Below are positions 1 to 8,874 of a stretch of DNA of 64,000 nt, one piece after another. Position numbers and translations under genes: made by a program. The notes beneath the pieces are model-generated. The model saw only the letters and a program-made list of their open reading frames with translations, had not been told where the DNA came from and did not search any database. This DNA comes from Candidatus Tectimicrobiota bacterium (GTDB lineage Bacteria > UBA8248). Location: contig JACPUR010000035.1 in assembly GCA_016192135.1 (NCBI GenBank), forward strand, positions 95,056-159,055, written 5' to 3'. Each line of letters begins with the position of its first letter. The first letter of the stretch is position 1.

Positions 1-1
1 C

Positions 2-304
2 GATTATAAGGGCAGCATGATGCAGCTCGGCGGCGTTAAGTGCGCGGATTGCCACATGGCGCGGGCGACCAAGACGGCCATCCAGAAAGGTCCGCACGAG
101 GCGGACATCCGGGCGCACCTCTTCAAGATCAGCCTCGACCCGGCGGCGAGCATGTTCACGCCGGACGGCAAGTTCGCGAAAGGTTTCCTCACGGTCGAGT
201 ATGCCTGTCTCGCCTGCCACGGCGGCAGGACCAAGGAATGGGCGATGGATGCCACCAAGAAGGGGATTCACGGCTACGGCAAAGCCGTCGCCGGAAAGAA
301 ATAG
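2..304 (+). CDS. multiheme c-type cytochrome, C-terminal fragment (5' end outside window)
   Basis: Open frame runs from the window edge. Two CxxCH heme motifs (CADCH, CLACH). Followed by further cytochrome genes on the same strand. Confidence 0.65.
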   Translation, partial: DYKGSMMQLGGVKCADCHMARATKTAIQKGPHEADIRAHLFKISLDPAASMFTPDGKFAKGFLTVEYACLACHGGRTKEWAMDATKKGIHGYGKAVAGKK

Positions 305-766
305 CTAAGCGCTTTCCTTCTTCGGCCCGCCGTGGCGGGGTTTCCCCGCCCGGCGGGCCGCCGCGCTTGCGGCGGTTTCATCCCGAGCGGCCGCCTCGCG
401 AGAAGAAAACACGCATTTCGGTTGCGGGGGTCCGGTTTCCGCCCTATTTTTGATCCGGTTCGGCCTTCCCCGCTTCGGGCGCCTCTCCGCAAGTTCGCCA
501 GAGATTACAGGCCGTCTCTGAAGGGGGCTTCATTGCCGAGGGAACGAACCATTTTCAAGCGCTTCCCGGGCGGGAGTCCCGCCCCGGCCGGAATCTACCT
601 GGAAGGGTGGTGGGAGCCGCCGATCTTTCAAGATGGAGGGGGCCGGTCCTTGCCCGGCCCCGCCGATCGAATCTTCCGCCGAATCCCTCCCCTGGCCGCG
701 CTCCTGATCTCCCCCGTGCTCGGCACCGTCTTCGTCCTCGGCTTCATCTTCCTCACCCTGGCCGCG

Positions 767-1873
767 ATGGCGATCATCCCCGTGAAGCTCATCCGCAGGG
801 GACGGGGCGGCCGCGCGGCGGGCCTCTTCCTGGCGGGCGCCGTCCTGCTGGGGGGGCCGGCAGCCTGGGGACAGGCGGTGTCGAACGAGATGTGCATCAA
901 CTGCCACAAGCTGCCGCTGCAGATGAAGCTGAAGGACGGCTCCAGCGTCTCCCTTCAGATTCCCGCCGCGGACTTCGGAAAGTCCGCGCACGGGAGTCTC
1001 CTGCTGTGCACGGCCTGCCACACCGATATCAAGAAGGTGCCCCACGACAAGCTTGAGTTCGAGGACCGGCGCGCTCTCAGCCTCCACTACAGCAGGGCGT
1101 GCACCTCCTGCCACGGCGGAAAGTTCAAGGAATTCCAGGAAGGGATCCACTGGCGCCTCCTCTCCGCAGGCGACCGCCGGGCGCCCCTGTGCGCGGACTG
1201 CCACGGCGCGCACGCGATCACCAAGGGAGGAGTCGCCAAGGGCTTCACCCCCCAGGCCTGCGCGAAGTGCCACGAGAAGCCCTACCGGCAATACGAGACC
1301 AGCGTTCATGGGCGGGGGCTCATCCAGAACGGGGCCAAGGATGTGCCCGGCTGCTCCACCTGCCATCCCTCCCACACGGGGCAGGACCCCCGGAAGATGG
1401 AGTTCCGCATCAACATTCCCCAGCTATGCGCCGACTGCCATCAAAACAAGCCGCTGATGGAGAAATACGGCCTCTCCTCTCAGGTCGTCTCGACTTATCT
1501 TGAGGATTTTCACGGTGCCTCGATCAGCCTCTACCGCGAGCAGCGGAACCTTCCCCCGCGCCTGACGGCGGTCTGCACCGATTGCCACGGCATCCACGAC
1601 ATCTTGCGGGTGAAGGACCCGGATTCGAAGGTCGTGCGCGAAAACCTGATGCGGACCTGCCAGAAGTGCCACCCGGACGCCTCGCTCAATTTCCCGGCGA
1701 GCTGGCTCTCGCACTATCCGCCGAGCACGACGCGCTATCCCTTGGTGTTCTTCCTCCGGCTGTTCTATTTCATCTTTGTCCCGGCGATCATCGCCTGCAT
1801 GCTCTTCCACGTCGGGCTCGACTTCGCCGCCGAGCTCCGCGCCCGGCGGCGGTCCCGGAAGGAGCGGGCATGA
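767..1873 (+). CDS. nonaheme c-type cytochrome, signal peptide plus C-terminal TM anchor
   Basis: Nine CxxCH motifs (CINCH, CTACH, CTSCH, CADCH, CAKCH, CSTCH, CADCH, CTDCH, CQKCH). Start chosen at ATG 767, which gives an N-terminal signal-like segment (RRGRGGRAAGLFLAGAVLLGGPAAWGQA). The ORF-track start at 332 gives an implausible Arg/Pro-rich extension. Hydrophobic C-terminus (FFLRLFYFIFVPAIIACMLF). The stop overlaps the next gene's start (ATGA). Confidence 0.8.
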   Translation: MAIIPVKLIRRGRGGRAAGLFLAGAVLLGGPAAWGQAVSNEMCINCHKLPLQMKLKDGSSVSLQIPAADFGKSAHGSLLLCTACHTDIKKVPHDKLEFEDRRALSLHYSRACTSCHGGKFKEFQEGIHWRLLSAGDRRAPLCADCHGAHAITKGGVAKGFTPQACAKCHEKPYRQYETSVHGRGLIQNGAKDVPGCSTCHPSHTGQDPRKMEFRINIPQLCADCHQNKPLMEKYGLSSQVVSTYLEDFHGASISLYREQRNLPPRLTAVCTDCHGIHDILRVKDPDSKVVRENLMRTCQKCHPDASLNFPASWLSHYPPSTTRYPLVFFLRLFYFIFVPAIIACMLFHVGLDFAAELRARRRSRKERA

Positions 1874-2631
1874 TGCCGCCGGAGGAGAAGGACGTGCGGG
1901 AGGAGGAGGGCTCCGTGCTGCGGTTCACGAGGAGGCAGCGGCTGGAGCATCACATCATGGCCGCCCTGTTCATCCTGCTGACGGTGACGGGCCTGCCACA
2001 GAAGTTCTCCGACGCCTTCTGGGCGGGCTCCGTGGTGCGGCTGATCGGCGACCTGGACCTGATGCGCTGGCTCCACCGGATGGCGGGTTTCGCCTTCGGC
2101 GGCTTCACCGTCTATTTCCTGGTCTTCGCGTCGCTCGACGTCCTCCGGGGGCGGGCGGCCCTCTCCATGGCCCCCTTCCTCTCGGACCTGAGGGAGGTCT
2201 ATCGCGGCCTCCTGTGGGCCGCCGGGCTGGGGCCGCGGCCGGCCGCCGGGCGCTTCGATTACCGGGAGAAGCTCGAGTTCTGGGGAATGCTCCTGGGGAG
2301 CGGCGTCATGATCCTGACCGGACTGATCCTCTACTTCCCGATTCAGGCCACCCGCTGGCTGCCCGGCCAGGTCATCCCCGTTGCCAAGACGGCGCACAGC
2401 TACGAGGCCATGCTGGCCCTCATGGTGATCGTCGTCTGGCACCTCTACAACGCCATGTTCCGGCCCGGCGTGTTCCCTCTGGACACCACGATCATCCACG
2501 GGCGCATGAGCCTCGGGCGCCTGCGGGAAGAGCACCCGCTCGAGTTCGAGCGCCTGTTTCCGGAGAAGGCCGCCGAGGAGGGCGAGGAAGAACGCCCGGC
2601 CCGCGGCGCCTCCGATCCCAGCCCCGCCTGA
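1870..2631 (+). CDS. di-heme cytochrome b membrane subunit (Ni/Fe-hydrogenase/FdnI-type cyt b family)
   Basis: ATG 1870 overlaps the upstream stop (ATGA). Four predicted TM helices with conserved His pairs (HHIMAAL, HRMAGF, HSYEAM, WHLYNAM), typical of PF01292-type cytochrome b. The in-frame upstream part of ORF 1582.. is rejected. Confidence 0.75.
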   Translation: MMPPEEKDVREEEGSVLRFTRRQRLEHHIMAALFILLTVTGLPQKFSDAFWAGSVVRLIGDLDLMRWLHRMAGFAFGGFTVYFLVFASLDVLRGRAALSMAPFLSDLREVYRGLLWAAGLGPRPAAGRFDYREKLEFWGMLLGSGVMILTGLILYFPIQATRWLPGQVIPVAKTAHSYEAMLALMVIVVWHLYNAMFRPGVFPLDTTIIHGRMSLGRLREEHPLEFERLFPEKAAEEGEEERPARGASDPSPA

Positions 2632-2771
2632 GGTCCGCCCGCCCCGGGGATTGGATGGTGAGCGGCGCCCGCCGCTTGCCAGCCGCCCGGAAGCGAGCAA
2701 TCATGCCGGCTCCGGACGCCGGGCCCCCGGGCGCGGCGGGCGTTCCCTTCATCTTCCATGCAGGAGGCACC

Positions 2772-3221
2772 ATGGCGATCAAGGCCCCGACGAAGCGCCG
2801 GTGGGCGCTGGTGGATTCGACGGCGATCGGAGTCGACAAGAAGTACGAGCCCCCTCTCATCATCGCCTGGGGAGTGGACAGCCACGCGGTGGGCACCCAG
2901 ACCATCACCATGGGCCGCACCATCATCCCCCCCAAGGCCCGGAACCAGCGCCACTACCACGTCTGCGACGCCACCTTCTATATCGTGCGGGGGCCCATCG
3001 TCGTGTGGATGGGAGAGGAGAAGGAGGAGCACACCGTCCCCACCGGCACTTTCGTTTACGCGGCGGCGGGCGAGATCCACGGCCTCTATAACCCGAGCGA
3101 GACCGAGGACGCCGAGCTCATCTTCACGTACGGCAACTGCCCGAACCGGGATGCCGCGCGAACTATCTATGTGGAGGAGGCGTGGCAGGAAGAGGACAAG
3201 CGGGATCGCATCCCGAAGTAG
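2772..3221 (+). CDS. cupin domain protein
   Basis: ATG preceded by GCAGGAGG. Cupin motifs (HxH...E, PxGxxH-like 'GEIHGLYN'). An alternative start at 2703 is possible. Confidence 0.6.
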   Translation: MAIKAPTKRRWALVDSTAIGVDKKYEPPLIIAWGVDSHAVGTQTITMGRTIIPPKARNQRHYHVCDATFYIVRGPIVVWMGEEKEEHTVPTGTFVYAAAGEIHGLYNPSETEDAELIFTYGNCPNRDAARTIYVEEAWQEEDKRDRIPK

Positions 3222-3238
3222 GCATCGGACGAACCAAG

Positions 3239-3270
3239 AAAAGCCGGCCCTTCGGGGCCGGCTTTTCTTG
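3239..3270 (+). terminator. rho-independent terminator after the cupin gene
   Basis: AAGCCGGCCC-TTCG-GGGCCGGCTT hairpin followed by TTCTTG. Confidence 0.6.
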
Positions 3271-3336
3271 TGGGTCCTAAACACATTACTTTCTGGTCAA
3301 CGTACGTGTGAAAAAGTGATGACTGAGGTTTTTTTT

Positions 3337-3432
3337 TCCCCTCACCCGGAGGGGAGGGCCAGGGTGGGGGAAGGATTTATAGCGCCGATAGATTCTCCCT
3401 CCCCCAGCCCCTTCCCGGAGGGAGGGGGAAAG
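3337..3432. repeat. GC-rich palindromic intergenic repeat, family 1 (CCCTCACCC...GGGAGGG type)
   Basis: CCCCTCACCCGGAGGGGAGGG ... CTCCCTCCCCCAGCCCCTTCCCGGAGGGAGGGGG. Same architecture as the copies at 45866, 49171, 54396, 56456 and 63529. Confidence 0.5.
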
Positions 3433-3451
3433 TCTCAGGCTGTGCGGCGGT

Positions 3452-3994
3452 TCAATTCAGCAGCGTCACGAGCTCCAGGAGCTGGCGCTTGAGAGTCTCC
3501 TCGTCCGCCGCCCGCCGGACGGCGCCGAGAATCTCGCTCGCGGCTTTCCCGTGCTCGCTGCGCTTCAGGTAGATGCGCGCGAGGTTCGTGTAGGGGAAGT
3601 GACGGGGATCATACCGAGGCGCCCGCTTTGCCTTCTCCAGCCACTCGATGGCCTGCTCCAGATCGCCCAACTGCATCAGATAGCAGCCGATGTCGTTGTA
3701 AGGATTCCCGAAATCGGGGTCGACCTCGATGGCGAGATGGCACTCCTCGATGGCCTCCTCGAGCCTGCCCTGCTTGCTGTACATCCAGCCCAGGTAGGTG
3801 TGGGCGTCCGCGGTGGGATGGTAGGCGAGAGAATTCTTGTACAGCTCGACCGCCCGATCGATTCTACCTCTCCGGTGCGCGCTTTCCGCCTCCGCCAGCA
3901 GCTCCAGGGCCTTTCTCAGCTCGGGATTCACCCGGGACTCTTCCCAGTATTTTTCCTCGAACGACATGGTAGGGAAGCTCTCTTGCATGGTCAC
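3452..3994 (-). CDS. tetratricopeptide (TPR) repeat protein
   Basis: Repeated A/Y/L TPR signature (AVELYKNSLAYHP, EAIEECHLAIEVDP, QAIEWLEKA). Confidence 0.6.
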   Translation of the reverse strand: MTMQESFPTMSFEEKYWEESRVNPELRKALELLAEAESAHRRGRIDRAVELYKNSLAYHPTADAHTYLGWMYSKQGRLEEAIEECHLAIEVDPDFGNPYNDIGCYLMQLGDLEQAIEWLEKAKRAPRYDPRHFPYTNLARIYLKRSEHGKAASEILGAVRRAADEETLKRQLLELVTLLN

Positions 3995-4169
3995 TGCCCT
4001 CCCTTGCGTCCGAAACCCGGCGGTGGATTTCAGACCTTATTCAATGTTAACGCGCCCGGCCCGGCTGTCAAGAAAGGCTCGTACGGGGAAGAGGGGGAGG
4101 GAAATCCCCGACCCAATGGAAAAAAAGCGCCCCAGCCGGACGGCCGGGGCGCCGCGCGCGTGAGCGCCT

Positions 4170-4652
4170 TCACTTTTTCGGGGGCGGCTTCCGGTATGTC
4201 CGGTGACAGCCTCCGCAGGTTCCCTGAACGTTCTTCAGGGCCGCCTCGGCGCCGTTCCTGTCGCCTGCCCGCAGGACCACCGCCAGCGAGGCGGCGGCGG
4301 TCCCGAGGTTCCTGGCCTTCTGATCGAAGTCCGCCTTGTTCTCCCAGATGACGGGGAGGGCGGTCGTCTGGCCCTCCAGGACTCTCTCCTTGAAAGCGTC
4401 AGGGATTCGCCGGGCCGATTGGGAAAGTGCATCAGCGGACTTGGCCGCGTCGGCGAGCCTGTTCTCCTTCATGGCCGCCTGAATGGCCCGGATGTTGCGC
4501 GGGTGGCTCTGCATCAGGTCCTTGCGGGCCTTCACCTGCGGATTCTCGTAGCCGATCAATTCGGCGAAGGAGAAGTCCTTCGTACATCCCGCGAGCAGCC
4601 CCACCGCCGCGACGAGGGCGGCGAGGGTGAAACCGGCACGCAGACTCTTCAT
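4170..4652 (-). CDS. cytochrome c' (class II c-type cytochrome) lipoprotein
   Basis: Start ATG 4652 with an AGGAG-like SD. Signal peptide plus lipobox (LLAGC). Single C-terminal heme site with the class-II tail (CGGCHRTYRKPPPKK). Helical, approx 160 aa. The longer ORF-track N-terminus is rejected. Confidence 0.65.
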   Translation of the reverse strand: MKSLRAGFTLAALVAAVGLLAGCTKDFSFAELIGYENPQVKARKDLMQSHPRNIRAIQAAMKENRLADAAKSADALSQSARRIPDAFKERVLEGQTTALPVIWENKADFDQKARNLGTAAASLAVVLRAGDRNGAEAALKNVQGTCGGCHRTYRKPPPKK

Positions 4653-4914
4653 CAGCCTTGATCTCCTCTGATATACGGGACAACGCGCGCCCCTGCCGGA
4701 GGCGTCCCGGCGGGGTGAAAAAGGCCGCGGCGGATGCGTGCTGGGTGCCGGAGTGAGAACACCCGGGCGCCGGAAAAAGTTCCGGGGCGGCCCCATTTCC
4801 GCTTGGCTGCCCGACGGAGAACGATTAAGATTTCCCATTCTTGCTTGCGGAAATGGCTTCGAGGCCGGCTCGCCGGCCGTGAGGCGCGCTTTCAATCGGA
4901 GCGGGAGGTCTCTC

Positions 4915-5790
4915 ATGTCCGACCCCAGGAGGGCGAAGTTCCGGGAGCTGCTCGGCCGGCGGGGGGTCACCCTCGTCCCGGGCGCGCACGACGCCCTCAC
5001 GGCCCGGCTCATCGAGGCCAAGGGCTTCGAGGCGGTCTATATGACCGGCGGGGGCACCTCCGTCGCCCTGACCGGCCTGCCGGACAACGGCCTGGTCACC
5101 GCCTCGGAGACGGTGATGAACGCGCGCTACATCGCGGATTCGGTTTCCATCCCCCTCATCGTAGACGCCGATACCGGCTACGGCAATGCCGTCAACGCGG
5201 TCCGCACCATCCGCGATCTGGACCGGGCCGGGGCCGCCTGCGTCCAGATCGAGGATCAGGTTTCGCCCAAGCGGTGCGGGCACCTTCCCGGGAAGGAAGT
5301 GGTGAGCCGCGCCGAGTTCGTCGGCAAGATCCGGGCCGTCGCCGATCACCGGCCCGACCCGGCGCTGGCGATCATGGCCCGCACCGACGCCCGGGCGACC
5401 TTCGGCTTCGAGGAGGCCGTAGTCCGGGGGAACGAGGCCCTGAAGGCGGGGGCCGACCTGGTGTTCATCGAGGCGCTCGAGTCGGCCGAGGAGTTCGCAG
5501 AGTACGCCCGCCGCTGCCCGGGACCCCTGCTCGCGAACATGACGGAGTTCGGGAAGACGCCCCTCATCCCGGCGGAGGAGTTCGGGCGGATGGGCTACCG
5601 CTTCGTGATCTTCCCCGCGAGCGCCCTGCGGGTCATGCTGCGCGCGGCGGCCGAGCTCCTCGACGAGATCCGGGAGAAGGGCACCCAAGCCGCGTACCTG
5701 GACCGGATGATGACCCGCGCGGAGCTGTACGACCTCATCGATTACGACGCCTATCACCGGATCGAAGCCCGCTACCTGCCCCGGGACTGA
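4915..5790 (+). CDS. isocitrate lyase/PEP mutase superfamily enzyme (2-methylisocitrate lyase / carboxyvinyl-carboxyphosphonate phosphorylmutase-like)
   Basis: ATG 4915 after GGGAGG. Family motifs (VPGAHDALTARL, PLIVDADTGYG, QIEDQVSPKRCGHLPGKE, ARTDA). Confidence 0.75.
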   Translation: MSDPRRAKFRELLGRRGVTLVPGAHDALTARLIEAKGFEAVYMTGGGTSVALTGLPDNGLVTASETVMNARYIADSVSIPLIVDADTGYGNAVNAVRTIRDLDRAGAACVQIEDQVSPKRCGHLPGKEVVSRAEFVGKIRAVADHRPDPALAIMARTDARATFGFEEAVVRGNEALKAGADLVFIEALESAEEFAEYARRCPGPLLANMTEFGKTPLIPAEEFGRMGYRFVIFPASALRVMLRAAAELLDEIREKGTQAAYLDRMMTRAELYDLIDYDAYHRIEARYLPRD

Positions 5791-5933
5791 TATCCCGCGG
5801 CCCGAATCCCGGCTTTCCTTCCCTCCGGTTTTCCGCCAAAATGCGGGCATTAAGCCCATGCACACGAAGGGAGAAGCTCCACCGGGAGGCAACCCATTCG
5901 CGTCCGGCTTTGCATCCATCCGAATGAGGAGAA

Positions 5934-7004
5934 ATGCCGATGAGGAATTCCTTGCTGAGTCTCGCCGCCGCGCTGGCGCTGGCGGCCGGCGCGGCGGCCC
6001 CGGCGGGCGCCGCCGTCTCGCCCGAGGAGGAGAAGCTCTACCGGGAGGCCAAGAAGGAAGGGGAGGTGGACTTCCGGGGGCCGACCGAGCGGACTTCCTT
6101 CATCAACGTCGCACGGGCATGGTCGAAGCGCTATCCCGACGTGAAGCTGAAGTATTCGCGCAACCCGACGGGGAGGCTCGTCAAGGCCATCGAGGCGGAA
6201 TTCCGGGCCGGAAAGCTCACCCACGAGGTGGTCCACGTCACCGACCCCGTGATCCTGGTCAAATGGAAGAAGCAAGGGAGGCTGCTCTCCTACAAGAGCC
6301 CCTACTATGCCGACTACGAGCCGCAGTACCTCGACAAAGACTTCACCTTCGCGGCCATGGGCGTCACCCCCATGCTCCCCCTCGTGAACAAGAAGTACGT
6401 CGAGAGCATCGGCATGAAGCCCGGCGACTTCAAGTGCTACAAGGACTTCCTAAACCCGAAATTCTCCGGCAAGCAGGTGGTCACCCACGCCAACGCCGGC
6501 GGGACCGCCCTTTTTGCCGCCATGCGAATGACCGAGCTCTTCGGCTGGGAGTTCCATGAAACCCTGCGTAAGCACAACATCCTGCTCGGGGCGACAGCGG
6601 GCGTGACCACGAGCATGGTCATCAAGGGCGAGCGGCCGGTGACCTACGCGGTGACGGGCTACCGCGCCCTGGAGCACGGGCAGGATCCCAAGAAGGGCGT
6701 GTTCACCTTCTGGCCCTGCGAGGGCGCGGTGATGATCAACTTCGCGATGACCATCCTCAAGGAGGGCGCCGCCAGGCATCCCAACGCCGCCAGGCTCCTG
6801 GTGACGTGGCTCTCCTCGAAGGAGGGCCAGGAGAACATCGTCGAGCACGCGCACTTCTTCAGCGGCCGCAAGGACGTGAAGCCGGTGCCCGGCGCCCAGC
6901 CGCTGCACACGTACAAGAACCTGTGGTGGCCCGACCTCGAGAAGGCCATCCAAGAGCACGATCCGTTCCTGAAGAAGTTTGATCAGGTGTACGGGCTGAA
7001 GTAG
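5934..7004 (+). CDS. ABC transporter periplasmic substrate-binding protein, Fe(III)/FbpA-AfuA-like
   Basis: Signal peptide (LALAAGAAAPAGAAVS). Binding-protein fold similar to iron(III)/thiamine SBPs. First gene of a 3-gene ABC operon. Confidence 0.7.
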   Translation: MPMRNSLLSLAAALALAAGAAAPAGAAVSPEEEKLYREAKKEGEVDFRGPTERTSFINVARAWSKRYPDVKLKYSRNPTGRLVKAIEAEFRAGKLTHEVVHVTDPVILVKWKKQGRLLSYKSPYYADYEPQYLDKDFTFAAMGVTPMLPLVNKKYVESIGMKPGDFKCYKDFLNPKFSGKQVVTHANAGGTALFAAMRMTELFGWEFHETLRKHNILLGATAGVTTSMVIKGERPVTYAVTGYRALEHGQDPKKGVFTFWPCEGAVMINFAMTILKEGAARHPNAARLLVTWLSSKEGQENIVEHAHFFSGRKDVKPVPGAQPLHTYKNLWWPDLEKAIQEHDPFLKKFDQVYGLK

Positions 7005-7071
7005 CTCCGGCCGCGCGCCGCCCCCGGCCTCCGCCGGGGGCGGCGGGGCGCCCAGGCAGGACGGAGGCTGC

Positions 7072-8871
7072 ATGGAGGCGATATCCGCCCCCGCGGGATG
7101 GCTGGCGGACCGGGCGGCCCAATGGAGAAACGAGCCCGGCAAGTTCGCCGCGATGGCGCTGACGGCCTCGTTCCTGGCCGCCCTCATCGCCTACCCCTTC
7201 CTGACCCTTTTCGTCATGAGCCTTCAGCACCCGGAGACGGGCGCCTGGACGATCTCAAGCTACGTCCGCATCTTCACCGAGGAGAGCTTCCGGGACGCGT
7301 TCATCCGCTCGATCTGGCTCAGCCTCATCGTCACCTTCTTCTCGCTCATTCTCGGCATCCCCATGGCCTTCGGGGTCTCGCGCACGCGGATGCCCTTCCG
7401 GGAGCTCGTGCGAAGCCTCACCGGCATCGCCTTCATCATCCCGAGCTTCATCGGGGCGGTGGGCTGGATCTTCCTGCTCGGGGAGAACCAGGGGGACATC
7501 AACCGCTTGGTGCGCTGGATCGTCAACCCCTTCCTGGCGGAGCCGATCGAGAGCGGCCCCTTCACGGTCTTCTCCTTCTGGGGTTTGGCCTTCGTCCTGG
7601 TCCTGCATTTTTTCCCGTTCGTCTTCTATTCCGTGAGCGCCTCGCTCGACAACATGGACCCCTCCTACGAGGAGGCGGGGAGCATGGTGGGGGCGGGGAG
7701 GCTCCTGACCGTGCTGCGGATCACCCTCCCCATGGCGGCCCCCGCCATCGTGTCGGGCGCCATCATGGTCTTCCTGGAGACGCTGGCGGCGTTCGGCGCC
7801 CCCCAGGTCATCGGCGTTCCCGCCCGGTTTCACGTTCTGACGACGCGCATCTACAACCTGTTCGAGCCGCCGCCGAACTTCGCCATGGCGACGGCGCTGG
7901 CCTCTCCGCTCATCGTCATCACGGCGGGGGCGCTGTGGCTTCAGCGGCGCATCCTGTCCCGGCGGCAGTACGTGACGGTGGGCGGCAAGGCCACCGCCCC
8001 CGCGCCCATGGACATCGGGCGGTGGCGCTACGTCCTGAGCGGGTTCTCCATGCTCGTGGTGTTCGTCTCGGTGGGGGCGCCGATGTACGCCATCTTCGCC
8101 ACCTCCGTGACGGAGGTGTGGGGGCGGCCGCTCTTCACCGGGCTCTTCCCGCCGGCCGCCGGCGGCTTCTCCTTGACGCACTACGAGCAGCTCTTCGACC
8201 CCGCCCTGGCCAACTGCGATCTTCCCGGCGGCTACATCGTCACCGAGGCCATATGCGCCGTCTACAACAGCATGTGGCTCTCGGCGGTGGCGGCCACCCT
8301 CATCCTCCTGCTGGCGGTGGTGTCGGCCTACATCGTCGAGCGCTCGGGAATCGATGGGAGGGGCGCGCTGACCGGCCTCATCATGATGACCTTCGCCTTC
8401 CCCTCCGTGGCGCTGGCCGTGGGGCTCTACGTGGGCTACCTGAGGCTCGAGTGGCTGCCCGTCTTCGGCACCATGATGATGTTCATCCTGGCCTACATCA
8501 CGCGCTACATCGCCTTCGCCTTCATTTTCGTGCGGAATACGATGAAGCAGGTGGGCCCCGAGATGGAGGAGGCGGGCCGCATGGTGGGGGCGGGGTGGAC
8601 GCGGACCACCTGGAGCATCTCGGTGCCCCTGCTCAAGAGCGGCCTGTGGATCGGCTGGACGCTCGTCTTCGCCGTCCTGCTCCGTGAGCTGCCCCTCACC
8701 ATCATGCTGAACGTCCAGGGGGCGCAGACCATGGCGGTGCGCATCCTGCTTTTCATCGAGGACGGCCTCCTCGAGCGCGCCGCCGCGATGTGCATCATCA
8801 TCATCGTGGCCTCGGTCGGGGCGACGTGGCTCGTCCGGAGGTTCGCCGGGAAATCCGTAATGGAGGTGTGA
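7072..8871 (+). CDS. ABC transporter permease with duplicated transmembrane domain (FbpB-like)
   Basis: Two BPD-type permease modules of approx 300 aa each. EAA-like loops. Many TM helices. Confidence 0.8.
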   Translation: MEAISAPAGWLADRAAQWRNEPGKFAAMALTASFLAALIAYPFLTLFVMSLQHPETGAWTISSYVRIFTEESFRDAFIRSIWLSLIVTFFSLILGIPMAFGVSRTRMPFRELVRSLTGIAFIIPSFIGAVGWIFLLGENQGDINRLVRWIVNPFLAEPIESGPFTVFSFWGLAFVLVLHFFPFVFYSVSASLDNMDPSYEEAGSMVGAGRLLTVLRITLPMAAPAIVSGAIMVFLETLAAFGAPQVIGVPARFHVLTTRIYNLFEPPPNFAMATALASPLIVITAGALWLQRRILSRRQYVTVGGKATAPAPMDIGRWRYVLSGFSMLVVFVSVGAPMYAIFATSVTEVWGRPLFTGLFPPAAGGFSLTHYEQLFDPALANCDLPGGYIVTEAICAVYNSMWLSAVAATLILLLAVVSAYIVERSGIDGRGALTGLIMMTFAFPSVALAVGLYVGYLRLEWLPVFGTMMMFILAYITRYIAFAFIFVRNTMKQVGPEMEEAGRMVGAGWTRTTWSISVPLLKSGLWIGWTLVFAVLLRELPLTIMLNVQGAQTMAVRILLFIEDGLLERAAAMCIIIIVASVGATWLVRRFAGKSVMEV

Positions 8872-8874
8872 CCG

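Noticed and set aside
332-766. N-terminal 145-aa extension of the nonaheme cytochrome ORF
   Set aside because: Arg/Pro-rich and non-cytochrome-like. A signal-peptide-compatible ATG at 767 gives a sensible mature protein.
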